Assembly: GCF_000143415.4 (NCBI RefSeq)
Contig: NW_003314320.1
Location: 1,129,231 to 1,193,230, forward strand
Length of the DNA: 64,000 bases
Direction: 5' to 3'
From: Selaginella moellendorffii
Lineage: Eukaryota; Plantae; Lycopodiophyta
Below are positions 51,457 to 64,000 of the stretch, piece after piece. Numbering within the stretch: position 1 is the first letter of the stretch; every line of letters starts with the position of its first letter. Below the pieces are notes generated by a model. That model saw only the letters and a list, made by a program, of their open reading frames with translations. It searched no databases and was not told where the DNA came from. Position numbers and translations under genes: made by a program.

Positions 51457-54400
51457 ATGGCGCGCATTTCGCCGCTGCCGCAGACAGTCGCGAGCTGCCT
51501 GCGATCCAGCAGCATTCTCTCCGGCATCTCGCAAGTAGTCGACGAGCTCGTGTGTAATGCGATCGACGCGCAAGCGACACAGGTATGAATCGATCGATCG
51601 ATGATAGCTCAAAATCTTGCAACACTGCTGGATGATGGCAGATCATCGTTTTCCTGGACATCAGAAGCTGCTATATCAAAGTCGAGGACGACGGTAGAAC
51701 GAAGCAAGCTTAGATTTCTTTCTTTGACATTCTTTTCGATGCAGGCTGTGGTATTAGTCGTGAGGACTTCGTATTTTTGGGAGAGAGACATGGTAAGCAG
51801 TGTCTGTTTTTTTACTTGGAACGTCTTGAACGTCTGTTCTTTGCAGCTACATCAAAGCTCCATCGCCTGGATGAGCTAGAGACTGGTCTCCAAACGCTTG
51901 GCTTTCGTGGAGAAGGCTTGAGCTCTGTTTCCGACATAGGCCTTGTAGAAGTGACGTCCAGAGCCAAAGTTAGTCCTCATACATATCGCAAGATTTTCAA
52001 GGTGCGTTCTACAGCATTTGCTTTTGGCAGTTTTGATATTATCTGCCCTTGCAGAATTGTAAGAGTTTGTCACTAGGACTTCCGGGGAACCAAAGAGATC
52101 CTGGTACAACCGGTACGTTTACTTTGCGTGGAGAAGCTTGCCTTCTCTAAGCTGTGGTCTTGTTTCTCAGTTGTTGTGAAAGACGCTTTCTACAATCAGC
52201 CAGTTCGCAAAAAGATTCTTCACAGAAAGTTGAAGAAGCCTTATTTTCCTCCATGGCATTTGTGTTAAACACTGTCTGGTTCTGCAGCTCCCGAAAAGCC
52301 GTGGAGTCAGTAAAGAACCACATTCTGCGATTGTGCCTTGTTCACCCGAAAATCCAGTTTACGTTGGTAGACCTTGAAAGGTGCTATCTCTTACGATTCC
52401 AACTAATAGCCGAAAAGGTTTTTTCATAGGGAGGAGAAGGTGTTTCAAGCGAAACCAGCAAGATCACTATCTAGCAGGATTTCTGATATGTTTGGGGATG
52501 AAACTCGAAACACTCTACAGAAAATAGATTTTGCAAAGGGATCGCTTAGGCTCGCTGGTTATATCTCCAAGCATTTGAAATCGTTTTCTACAAAGGTATA
52601 ACGTTTCTTTTTATAAATTCTCTTTCATAACGTGCTGTAGTGCAGGCGTTGCAGTTTCTCTGTATCCCAATTAATCGGTACCTTTTTTCTCTGCTAGTTT
52701 TTCTTGACAACGAATTCAGATATAAATCGGAGGTTCGTCGTTAAAACTCCGTTGCACAAGGTTTTAAACTCCTGGCCGTCAACACAAATTGGCTGTCCAT
52801 CGTTTGTTTTAAACCTTGTCTGTCCACATGTGGACTATGACATTACACTTGATGCATCTAAGTCGCTTGTCGTGTTTAAGGTAATGTCTACGATCATATC
52901 ATTGCCTTATTGACATTCCTCTTGTTTTTAAGGATTGGAGTCCGGTGTTGTCTTTTGTTGAAGAAATTCTTAAACAACTCTGGGAAGTCGAATGCCATAT
53001 TGGTACAAGCAGGAAGCCAAAAGCGAAGAGAAAGCGCGGGGCTGGTCTTATAAGAGGTGCTGAGACGTTTTCTGAATTACCTGCCTCAGATTTAGATGGT
53101 ACAAAGGCATCCCGAACAGTGGTGAATACATGGAGAAGCTCGTCTGCACCCCCATTCTACAAGCCACGGAAAAAGTTTGCGACGCATAAAAGCTTTGACG
53201 ACATTTCTGTCACCTACGAGGCTCCCAGAAAAAACAAAATCTTAAAGCTGGATACTCTCGACTACCAAGACCGAAAACTTTGCAAGTGGAGACAGATTCT
53301 GCTGCGACCGAGACAAAATACTTTCACAACTATCGAAAGGCCTATTTTGCAAATCGGTTCCGGAACCTTGTCCAGTGGAGATTTTCAACCTGATTCTATA
53401 ACTAAGGAGATGCTGTCAGGCGCGAAAGTGCTTGGTCAAGTTGACAGGAAGTTCATTGCGGCTATCACAAATGGAGTTCTGTTTTTCATCGACCAGGTTT
53501 GCGAGCTTCCAATTAGATTTTCATTGCTAGTTTTTCTTTGCAGCACGCCGCTGATGAAAGAGTTCGTTTGGAGGAATTTCGCGATGACGTAAGTATGAAG
53601 CCGAAGTATGTACTTACCACCAGTGACTTCTTCGTGTGCTAGATCTTTTCCACGAAAGAAGGCCACGGGACATCCCTTGGAGATCAGTCGGAGGAAGTTG
53701 TATGTTTTTCAATTATGCTGTGTGGATTCCGTTGTCTCAAAGTTTCTTCCAGATTTTAACTCGGTCAGAACAAGAGGCTCTTGTATCTTACCGGGAAAAA
53801 ATCGAATACTGGGGTTGGAGATCAACATTTGTTTTCTCTCAAGGGTAAGACTATTGTTATTAGCATGAAAAGCTAAGTATTGTTGCACAGTCGTTCCTCG
53901 GAAATTTGCAAAGTAGTCTTGGCGGCGGTAAGACTTTTATTTCGTGATTTGCGGTGTAACCGGCGAAAATGTTTCCAGGTTCCTTGCATCAAAGGAGTAA
54001 AGCTTACATCGAAAGACTTATTGGAATATCTTCGCCAGGTTTCTTCATTTCTTGTTCTTCTTCTATAGCACATCACTAAGTGAATAACTTGTAGCTGGTT
54101 GATACGCATGGATCATCTAGTGCACCGCCAGCAGTTCTGAGAGTCCTGAACTTCAAGGCATGCAGGGGTATGCGTGTGATTGTTTACTTTTTGGATGGGA
54201 CTTTGACGAGACAATGCAGGTGCTATAATGTTTGGAGATTTCCTGCTACCTAGCGAGTGTGAGCAGTTGGTAAATGCGCTGAAGAAAACATCGTTGTGCT
54301 TTCAGGTTCGTCTTGTTGTTCATTTCCTTCTCGATATTAAAACTTACTTATGCAGTGTGCACATGGTCGCCCAACTATGGTCCCGATTGTAAATCTCGAG

Positions 54401-54487
54401 ACTATCCGTACTCACCAGTGGCAATCACCGAAGAAAGACTTTTCCTTTTCCGTCAACAAGGCCTTGTTTTCTACAAGGAAATTCTGA
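51457..54487 (+). CDS. MLH3: MutL homolog MLH3 (many small exons)
   Basis: ELVCNAIDA, ATSK, GFRGE.L, DQHAADERVRLE, ACRGAIMFGD, FQCAHGRPT. Confidence 0.92.
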
Positions 54488-54588
54488 CAAGGAGGTATCC
54501 TACTTTTTCGCAGCTGCTTTTATAACGTTGTTGTCAAACTTGAAGCCACCGTTGCGTTGAAGCACTCTTTTTGAGCCCTACTTTATCC

Positions 54589-56067
54589 ATGGCGTATCCT
54601 CTTTCGCAGTGCACGGCTCTTGTGTTTGTTCCACCGCCCTCTGCAGCTATCTTTGCTCCTTCCAATAGCAGGCTTCATTTAACAGGTGGGAGCATTTGCA
54701 ATCGAAGCACTGAGACTCTCAAGAAAGTGTCCAGATGTGGTTCAGCATCCTCCTCAATCAATTTTGACTACCAGGTACTGTGAAGTTCACAATGCGTTTT
54801 CTGATAAGAAGTATGCAGTTTCGGGATGACGGTGGAGAGCTAGAACTCCGACTCCAGGTGCCGCCTGATCATGAAGAGATTAGCTCCAAGAACGTAGCAA
54901 TCAATGCACACGATTTTTCTCTCGACGTGGCTTTGATGTCCCAAAAAGGCATCAGGACTCTTCTCAGCATCCCTCGGTTGTATAGCAGGATAAAGCCGAT
55001 TGAAACAATGTGGTATGGTGTTGTATTTTACTAATTTTTTATTTCTAAGATGTAGCCTTATGCAGGTTCATTGACGAGGACGAGATTGTCTTGAGCTTGA
55101 AAAAGCAAGATGTCACACAACCGTGGCCTGGCCTTCTGGAAGCTTGGGAGTACCTTGGGAAAGGTGTGGCCGGCATGCTCAAAGCAACTTCCATATACAT
55201 TGTAGGAGATTCCACATTGATTAACTCAGCAGTTGCACAAGAGCTGGCTTTGGCGTTGGGGTAAGCCCATTAGCAAGCTCTTTGTCTTTTGACGCTACTA
55301 CCTTTGCAGATACGTGCCTCTAGAAAGTAAAAAACTGATGGAGCAGCTACTCAAGACGTCACTTGATGATTGTAAGTTGCTCGACGAGATTTTATTCCTA
55401 CCGAGTTCAGCGATTCCTACTTAGATGCGAAGTTGGAAGACCGGGATGCGGTTGCAGAGTTGGAGTGCAAAGTTTTCGAGACTCTCAGCAAGTAAGTAAG
55501 CTCCAAACGATCTCTACTTCGATTGCTAACATCTATAATTTACGTCAGGCAGCTGAGAGTTGTCGTAGCAACACTAGGAGGAGTTCAAGGCGCGGCATCA
55601 AAACCACATAGCTGGAGATTTATGTATGCTGGTTTTACCGTGTGGCTTTCACGCAGCCAGTCCCAAGGTTCGTTTCACTCATTTCAATCCGTTGGTTCTT
55701 TATTCCTTCTTATATTTCACAGATGAAGCTGGCGCAGAGAAAGAAGCCGTGAAAGCGAAAGAAGAAGGCAGCGTCGTCTACAGCAAAGCTGAGACGGTGG
55801 TCGCTCTTAGCGGCTGGGAAGAGGGCGCTGCTAGAGACGCCGCGGAGGGTTGCCTTCGAGCTCTCAAGTATCTCATCGAGTCCGATAAAGAACTTCCAGG
55901 TTCGCATTCCTGGTTCCACAGTTTTAATTCTCTCTCTTTCGTCTTCCCACTTCGTTGGAGGCTGATTCAAGCTTTTAAATCCAGGGAACAAGAGCTTGTA
56001 TGTGCGACTAGGCGCTCGTGGTGATTGGCCCAACATCATGCCTCCAGGATGGGATCCAGCGGCATAA
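54589..56067 (+). CDS. SKL2: Shikimate kinase-like 2 (CS domain + SK-like fold)
   Basis: ELELRL, IKP.ET.WFIDED, TSIYIVGDST.IN, VVATLGG..GAA, KSLYVRLGARGDWPNI.PPGWDP. Confidence 0.88.
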
Positions 56068-56326
56068 AAGAAGGAAAAAGAAAAAGGAGGGGGGGCTGTC
56101 GGGATCGAACCGGGGACCAATGCCGGGGTCGTAGAGTAGGGTAGCGGACAGCGCGCTTGCACGCGCCGTTCTCCGCGGTTCCAGGGCGACGCACGCTTCC
56201 ACTCGCCATCGCGAGGTACGAATATGCTCGGGCCGTTGTCCAGGAGCCAGGAAAGAGGTGGATTGATGGGTTTAGCAGCAGCTCAGGGCAGGCTTTGGAA
56301 ACCAATCGGTGGCGGCAGTGGAATGG

Positions 56327-57857
56327 ATGGGGGAAATTCACAGGAAGTATTGGTGTGAAGACGGCGACGAGCTGGTCGACAGTGGTGGGCACTTCTTTTT
56401 CCCCGAGCTGGAGGCTATGGATGGGGAGTATCAGGTGGACATCTTAAACCATCACCCAGCTCCGTTTTTGTCCGAGGCAGCGGCGTTGGGCTTGGCAAAG
56501 AGTGGCGGCGGTGTGGTGGTTTCTTCTTCTCAGGCTGGTGGTGGCAATGCTGGTGGTAGCAGAGTTGGAGCTTCCACAAACGACCAACGTTTCCTTCTGG
56601 TTTTCATCTTTGGAGCTTACTTCGGGCCGGACTTGAGGAACGAAGTTCCCAGAAAGTCAGCACTGCAGAGGATTGCTCACCGGCTCCCAATATACACGTC
56701 CGATGACTTGGGCGGTTCCGTGTTTAAGCTCTCGGAGATGGAAAGCATCTACTACTACGCGCTCAGGCATTCGCATCCGTCCGCCAGGGTGAAGCTCCAG
56801 TCCCTGTACAAGTTCCTGCAGGGCCATCTTGCTCCACCCGTGAGAGAAGCCCTGGAAGACGATCGGCAGTTTACGACGTTCTTCCCTCCTCACTTGCACA
56901 GGCAGTCTCGGTACAAAGGGACGTACAAGGTGGTGGAGAGCATGGTGTTTATCAACGAACCGGAACTATCCTATATGAAGCTGGAAGATATCGAGAGGTT
57001 TAAGAGGTTGACGGGGCTGAGTGATCTCACGATGGACCGGGACTTAGCGAGAAGTTTCCAGCATGGGCAGAGAAACGACAGGGACGAAGAGAGGCAGGCT
57101 AGATTTTACGCTCTGGCAGAAGCTCGTGGACCACTTGGAGTGGATCAAGACGGTCGGCCACTCCCTCATGTTTTGCCGGATCCCAACTTGGAGTCTCGAA
57201 AGAAGAGAAAGAAAAGAGAGCAAGCAGAGGCGTCTCTGGCTGCTGTCACGGACTTGACACAAAGAGATGACAGGACGTCTGCGACGCAGTGGCCGCCAAG
57301 TTCTCAAATGCCTGCTGCGGCCATGCTGCTCATCCCGTCACTTCCGACCGTGGAGCAGTGGAACAGGATAGTGGACGCTGCGAGGCCGTCAATAGTTCTT
57401 ACGGGGACTGCCGCGGCTAGACAGTCGGGGCCACTGGTCGGACTCGTGGATATCGGAGTCGCCGACGACGCTTATCTCTTCAGAGCTGCATTGCCGGGAG
57501 TCAAGAAAGACGAAGGTATGCTCGAGTCGAGAGCGAAAAGAGTTTGTTTGGATCTCTCTGACTGATATGACTTGTGAATCAGGCGACTTTAATTGCGAAG
57601 TGGAGTGTGATGGGAAGGTTACTATCAAAGGCATGACAACAACCGGGGAATCCAGGATTTTCAGGACGAATAGAATGTTTCACATGCAAACGCAGTACCT
57701 TTGTCCGCCAGGCCCGTTTAGTGTTTCTTTCAACCTTCCGGGACCCGTTGAGCCGAATCAGTTCACAGGCACGTTTGGATCCGATGGCGTGCTCGAAGGC
57801 ATCGTGATGAAAGCGAGAGTCAGAAGCGGTGCTGCGTGCTTGACATTTGAACCTTGA
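56327..57857 (+). CDS. Alpha-crystallin-domain protein, IDM2/IDM3-like
   Basis: DQ.FLL.FI.G.YFGPDL, KSALQR, LTGTA...GP.VGLVDIG...DAYLFR.ALPGV, LCPPGPFS.SF.LPGPV.P..F.G.F..DG.LEG.V.K. Confidence 0.88.
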
Positions 57858-58017
57858 GACTACTTTCGTCCCAAGGCAGCGAGACTTTCGTCGTCACATA
57901 TTTTTTCAAGCCTGATAGGACAAGAGGTACATGGTTTTTCTGGTTTTCCGGGGTTACGTGAATTGTTGGTTTCCCTGTCAGATGTGGAATCTATAATGAC
58001 TTCGGACGCGCTTTGGA

Positions 58018-59085
58018 TCATGGTCTTTTGAGGTAAGACACGACAATCTTGTTGTACTCAGAAACTCTCTCGAACTGCGGTGCATGAGCTGTGTTCTTGA
58101 TGACTGCAACCTCTGCTTGCTCCCCGAGATGCCTGCGAGAAAAAAAAAAAGTTTTAGAAAGATTAGAGATTTGAAGTCGAGTAACTCACTTCTTTAGCTT
58201 GTATGCGTATTCAACGTCGAAAACTTTGTCATGGTCTCCCCAGACGATGAGAACGTCCTGAATTTTCCAGTCAGCTCACTCGTTCTCTTTGGACAACGCA
58301 GGAAACTTACCTGGCTCAGCGTTGGCAACTCTGGGGAGTCGGCTTTGCCGAGAACAAGCCCCTGCAGCAGCTCAAGCTTCTCCTTGGTGTTCTTCTTGTA
58401 CACAGCCTGAGAATTCACGCAAGAGGTTGTGTTTCTACTCTTTTCTCTGGATTCTTATACGTACCTCCAGATAATCCTTGAAGACAAAGTCGGGCATGAT
58501 GCGTGGGAGTTTGTAGAAGCAGAGCTCAAACGCGGTCCTCGCATCTCTCCAGTTGCTAGGCATCAAAACATCGGCCACGCTGCGAACGCCACAGTACTCC
58601 ACGAGCCGGCGATCCGAGGCAGGGTCCTTGTTGGGAGCCGAGTTTGAGAGAACGACTCTACGCACAACCTCGGGGAACATATGAGCCATCCTGTACGCGA
58701 CGAAGCCACCGTAGCTGGTTCCAACAACGTCGAACTTGTTGACGCCGAATTTCTCCAGCAGCTCCACCACGCACTCGGCCTGGTAGAATTCCGATCGCTC
58801 CGCGCTGCTGCTGGTGGAGTCTCCGAAGAAGACGAGGTCCGGGATGTAGAGGTCGAAGGATTTGGAGAAAGAGGGGACCTGGAAGATCCAGGACAGACCA
58901 TACAGGCCGAATGCGTGGAGCAGCACCAGGGGTGGATTCTTGCGGGTTTTCTTTGGAGCCCAGCAGCGGATAGTGGCTCCATTGTCGAGCTTGACGACTC
59001 TCGACTCGAGGCCATACCAGTGGAAGAAATTGGTAGCGCGAGCCATTGCAAAGGTCGCCGCGTTACATCCCAGGCAGCCACCCAT
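58018..59085 (-). CDS. Alpha/beta hydrolase (MAGL-like)
   Basis: LLHAFG, PDLVFFGDS, GTSYGG nucleophile elbow, VWGDHD, AHAPQFE. Confidence 0.9.
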
Positions 59086-61720
59086 CTTCTTCTTCAAGCA
59101 AAGCAAGGCTCACAGCTCGCAGCTCCTCGTTCTTCGTGGATCCACCGCTTCTTCGATTCGATCAAACCAACAACCATTCGGGCAAGAGCAGTGGAAGTAA
59201 AAGGAGAAAGAAGGCCCCCGCGAGTTTTATGGGACGAAAAGGAAACTTCTCGACGCGATTGATAGCGCTTTTCTCTCGGAGAGGAGGAGGAATCAGGAGG
59301 GGAAAATAGGGGGATGATCTCTTCCTGAAATTTCGTGAACTCCCCACGCCAAGAAGGTGAAGGAGCACAAGGATGATATGATAAAAGAGTGGTGCCTCAG
59401 CTCCTACGCATTGCGCCATAAAAGAAGAGACATGGGGTGGTCTTTTTGGCTACTCATTTTTTGGCAGCACTAAATGCCAGGCGGTAGTAAGTTGTGGCAG
59501 AGAGGGGGTCCATGTCAAAAAATCAAAGCTCCTCCACTTCTTGACTTCCCGCGCGCGCCAAATCTTTTACTTTTGAGATTTAAATCGGGTAGGAGGTCGC
59601 GATCTCGACTCGGCTGTAGAGCACAGTTTGCAAATATTCTCTTCCCTCGCTTTTTTCTTTAAATCTAAGGTTTAGGGTTGGTTTAGGGTTTCATTAGAAA
59701 ATATTTCTCATTTGCTCTTTATTTGTATTTCAGCGAAGCAAGTGGTCCTTGGGGTAAGGGAGATCCGGAGTGTTTTAAGTACCATTCTGCAACGAAGCGG
59801 CGATAAAGGTGGGAAATTTTGTTTCTAAATTTTAGTTGAATCGTCTCGTTTTCGAATAAAGCAGGCTATGCGACGTCAAAATGCGATTGCTCAGCTCGAA
59901 TGCATAGTCACTGTGCTAAACTAAGTTCCAAAGGCCCGGGGTGATTTTATTCTAATCTCTGTTTCTGTGTTGTCAGATTCTGAGGTCTTGCACTAGTTGT
60001 CTGCGAAGGTTTGGATCCGACTGAGGACATTCAGCCAGCCGAGAACGAGCAAAGGACCAGAGCAGAAGCTAACTGTTTTTACTTCTATGCAGCAGGCACG
60101 GCTGAAATAGAGTTTGCGATCGCCTTTGCCCTGTGAGTCCTTTTTTACTTCTTCTACCGTTTTCCAAGCTAGCTAACGAGTTTTGAATACCACTTCAAAT
60201 GATGGACGAATCTATACATACGAAATTTAAGAGACTGTCAAAGAGTATTGAAGATGAAAACCACTTTTGGCTGTGATGAACATCAAATTTGTTACTTGCA
60301 ACTGCCTTTGAGATACTCAAAAGTCTGGCTGGTCGGATTGTTCTTAGAGCGGCAAGGCAATGAACGCAGATCAGCACTGCGAAGACAGCGAATTAAAAGT
60401 GAAGTTTTTCTTTGTTTTCTGACCAAAGATCAGTTTTTCTCTGACGCTGTATGGCTTTCAGAAGCCACAGTATGTGATATTGTCCATGAAATGGAAGTAG
60501 CAGCCCACTGCCTGAGGTGTGCACCTCTGAATCATCTCGCAAGACCAGCACTCCAAGCGGAAGCCGCCTTGCTTGCAAGTTACATTGTAAAACGGCTGAC
60601 AGCTCTGCGCGACAGTATCACGATGGCATACTCCTGCACAGTACGTAAGAATGTCATAAACTCTCGACCGAAAAAAAGAAGAAATGGACAAAGATCTCTT
60701 CACCAAATTGTGTTCTGTACAGCAGCTTGCGACCGCTCCGTCCCTTCTGATTTCATTTCCATCAGTTCCAAGTTCCCACACTCAAAAAGTACAATGCGAG
60801 CAGGAGCAGGATAGTACCTCTGAGTTCCCGGACGATCCCAGATCATACCACGGTTTACTTTTCGCCAAGAATGATCGCAAGCTCTTGATCCAGCGACCAT
60901 TATCTTCCACAGCAAGAGAAGATGGTGGTGGTGGTGATGATGAAGAAAACGGGTGAAGCAGCAGCAATCCCAGGAGAAGCATTAAGAGCAAGAGCAGCAA
61001 AACTAGAAAGCGTGTCATGATCATCCTTCCTCCTCCCGCGACGAGAAGAATCATTACTTGAGCAGAGCGAGCTCACTCGAAACAGGCAGGCAGAGCTGTG
61101 AGAAGAAGAAGAGTGTAAGATTTTCTCCGGAAGACAAAGCCAAGATCACTCTAGCGAGGAGAATTTGGCAACGCTTTAAGTAGGGGATCGAGATGACCCG
61201 CGTGGAGTGTCCAGAAACTCCAGAGATGGAGCGATGAGGCCACCGGTTTAGTCCGGTTCTGCAAACTCTCTTTAAAGCGCGTGTGATAAGACAGAACTGA
61301 CCAGTGACCGCCACCATTGTGAAGCTCGAGAAATACCTGTGCGTGTCCTGTGTCCTTCCTGTGCAAGGTTAACTTCACCCACATTTAAAGGTGGTGTGTG
61401 AGAACACTCAAAAAAAGGAAGAAAAAAACGAAGAAAGATGCCCTCCAAGCAAATGAGAGCAAGCAAGAAGCTAGAGCTATGCACGCTTCACAACACTAGC
61501 AAAATTTAGGGCTTCTAAATGTGATAGCGTTCATTGGCCTCGCTCAAGTGACCATAAGAATATCCAGTGCTCGAGGAAAGCTGGAAAGTTGGCGGACAAT
61601 AGGATAAAAGCCCTAAACCCAGATATTAGGGCAACTCTCGCTCTTCATTCTTGGCACTCCGTGAGCCACGTAAAAAGCGATGTTGGAGGAGAGGCTGCCC
61701 TCTTTCTAGCCACATTCTCC

Positions 61721-64000
61721 ATGGCTGCCAAGAGCGGCAGCGAATTGGACGCGCCACTGCTCGATCGCAGCTCCTCTCCTCCTCCCAGCAGTAATGGCGC
61801 GGCCGCGAGGAAGATTACGGCATGGATGCTGCGCGCGCTCATGTGGATCGTGTTCCTGGCGTGGATTTTGGTGCTTCTCGCGTTCCCCAAGATCAAGCTA
61901 GGGCCAGGGAGCTCTGGCACGGGTAAGATAGAGAGAGATCTAGAATGCATTCTTTGGTTTCTAAAATAATTTCTTTGCAATGCCGCAGGCATTGTGTTGC
62001 TACTATTTGCTGCTCCAGTTCTTTCGCTGGCGCTCTTGGCGACAATCTATTTGGAGATTAGAATCAAACCAGTCTCCACGACCAAGTAAGTTTTCGCAGC
62101 TGGTTTCTCTCGTAGACCATCTCTGGGTTATAATTTTCTAGGAAGAGCCAGCCAGCGATTTCTCTATGGACTTGTCCTTGTCTCGTCGATGGACTGCTGG
62201 GTGTAGTCTCTGCTGCCGAAGTTCTTCTTATCGTTGCTTTCGTTGGCTACCTGGTGTGGTGCTTGACGATTTACGTGATCAACGATAGTGATCTCGTCCA
62301 ACGATTCATGAAATTTCCTGCCATCCGAGAGAAGTTCCTACCGTAAGCTACGAGTTTTTTATTTCTTTTTTCTGTACTAAAATAATCTTCTTCCAGATGG
62401 GAGCTGTGGACGTACGTCATTGGACTCCGGTTTGGATTTCTTGGTCTTTTCTGTCTGGGCTTCTTGCTCCTTCCGGTTGCGAGAGGCTCCCCGTTGCTTC
62501 GGCTGGTAGACATCCCTTTTGAGCACGCTGTGAAGTATCACGTCTGGCTCGGACACCTTACGATGGCCATATTTACCATTCACGGTCTTTGCTATGTCGT
62601 GGTTTGGACAGTTCAAGGTCGATTGGAAGAGGTAAGCTTTTCAAGTTTCTTTGCTGCGAGATTTTCTCCGTTTCCAGCTTCTAGCATGGCAAAGAATTGG
62701 AGTTGCGAACTTGCCAGGGGAGATATCTCTTGTGGCTGGGTTACTTCTCTGGATGACGTCTTTTGGCTACATCCGGCAGGCCTTCTTTGAGCTTTTCTTT
62801 TACACACACCAGCTCTACGTGGTGTTTTTCGTCTTCATGGCCTTCCACATTGGCGACTTGTCGTTCTGCATTTCCATGGCGGGTTTCTTTCTATTTATGC
62901 TCGACCGGTTTCTGAGATTCTGTCAGTCACGAAGGTCAGTAGATCTGTTAGTATCCAGGGTACTACCATGCGGTACCATTGAGGTTGCGCTCTCGAAACC
63001 TCAAGGTATAAACTCATTATATGTTCTTCCCTTTATTTGTTTATTTTTTGTTTCTGTGCAGATCTCAACTACAATGCTCTCAGCTTTATATTTCTGAGCT
63101 TTCCTAAAATCTCTTTTCTCCAGTGGCATCCCTTTAGCGTTTCATCTAGTCCATATGATGCACGAGACAACATGTCTTTCCTCATCAAACCTCTCGGTTC
63201 CTGGACTGACGAGTTGCAAAAGCTTATCAAGGAGTCTACGAACAAAAGAAATGCCTGCCCGGTGCTTGGTGTCGAAGGTCCATATGGACACGAGTCTGAC
63301 TACTACCTCAAGTAAGTAATCTAGCTATCTAGCAAAATCATAACGGCTTGAATTTTTAGGTATGAAGCATTGGTCCTGGTAGCCGGCGGAATAGGAGTCT
63401 CACCTTTCATAGCAATCTTAAGAGATATTTTGCACCGTTACAACATGAAGCACGGCAATCTTCCGAAAGAGGTGACGCTTATATGGGCAGTAAAATACTC
63501 CAAGGAACTCGGTATCATCAATTTGGTCCAGCCGGAGTTTATTTTCCCCGACTATGCTTCAAGGCTCAAACTCACTATCCAGGCTTTTGTAACTAGAGAA
63601 ATCCAGCCAGACATCGAGGAAGCTACGCCACTGCCAGAACATATCTTGAGCTTCGCAAAGAAACCAGACAGCAAACCAGTCTCCACTCTGGTTGGAACTT
63701 ACAGCAACCTTTGGATGGGAGTCTACATCGCTGTCTCGACTGCCGGTTTTTTTCTCACTCAAACTATTATGGAGAAGTTTTTCCTTGGACCCATGACGGT
63801 GCCCACCGAGGGAGGTAGCAGTGGCGGCTCTGTCTCGTGGACAGTGAGAGCGGCAGCTCTCCTCTTAAGTATGACGTGCGGAGTCGTAGTATTTGGAGGC
63901 TTGGCCATCGCCTTGTGGAACTGGATCGAACGCTCTCGAAAGGGACGAACGTCCGGTTGCCAGGAAAGTATTATTGGAGCTACCGGTGCCGGGGACAAAG
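61721..64000 (+). CDS. FRO: Ferric reduction oxidase (FRO6/7/8-like), runs off the window end
   Basis: [50 protein letters not shown]. Confidence 0.93.

Noticed and set aside
56090-56160. Functional tRNA gene
   Set aside because: No acceptor stem, D-arm or anticodon arm; T-stem mismatched.
60270-60425. Box C/D snoRNA (GTGATGA...CTGA)
   Set aside because: Boxes far apart, no terminal stem and no recognisable rRNA guide.

Overview
Eukaryotic land-plant nuclear DNA with very dense genes, ~50-65 nt introns and many telo-boxes. This style fits a lycophyte such as Selaginella (inference, not a database match). 1-20 kb is accessory and decayed: a 143-bp tandem repeat, then a complete but mutated Ty3/Gypsy LTR retrotransposon (1049-6050; 175-bp LTRs; a G-GGA-AAC plus pseudoknot -1 frameshift signal). 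It also holds an intact, intronless, highly divergent Sec61alpha/SecY-like ORF that appears to keep all transmembrane segments but lacks the ribosome-binding loops, plus a decayed copy of it. Other remnants there: CDPK, XRN exoribonuclease, cytochrome P450, a frameshifted methyltransferase with a U12 intron, and an orphan gene built from repeated exon+intron units. 21-64 kb is mostly ordinary genes: CDPK, AFG1-like ATPase, two F-box genes, KH RNA-binding protein, TRB, CDK5RAP1/MiaB, SAM-domain protein, PDAP1, LSF2, UBAP1-like, KANADI (long upstream region, kinase-like remnant, uORF chain), V-ATPase D, MLH3, SKL2, IDM3-like ACD protein, alpha/beta hydrolase and a FRO cut by the window end. Family calls come from remembered motifs, not searches; exon boundaries were read by eye.
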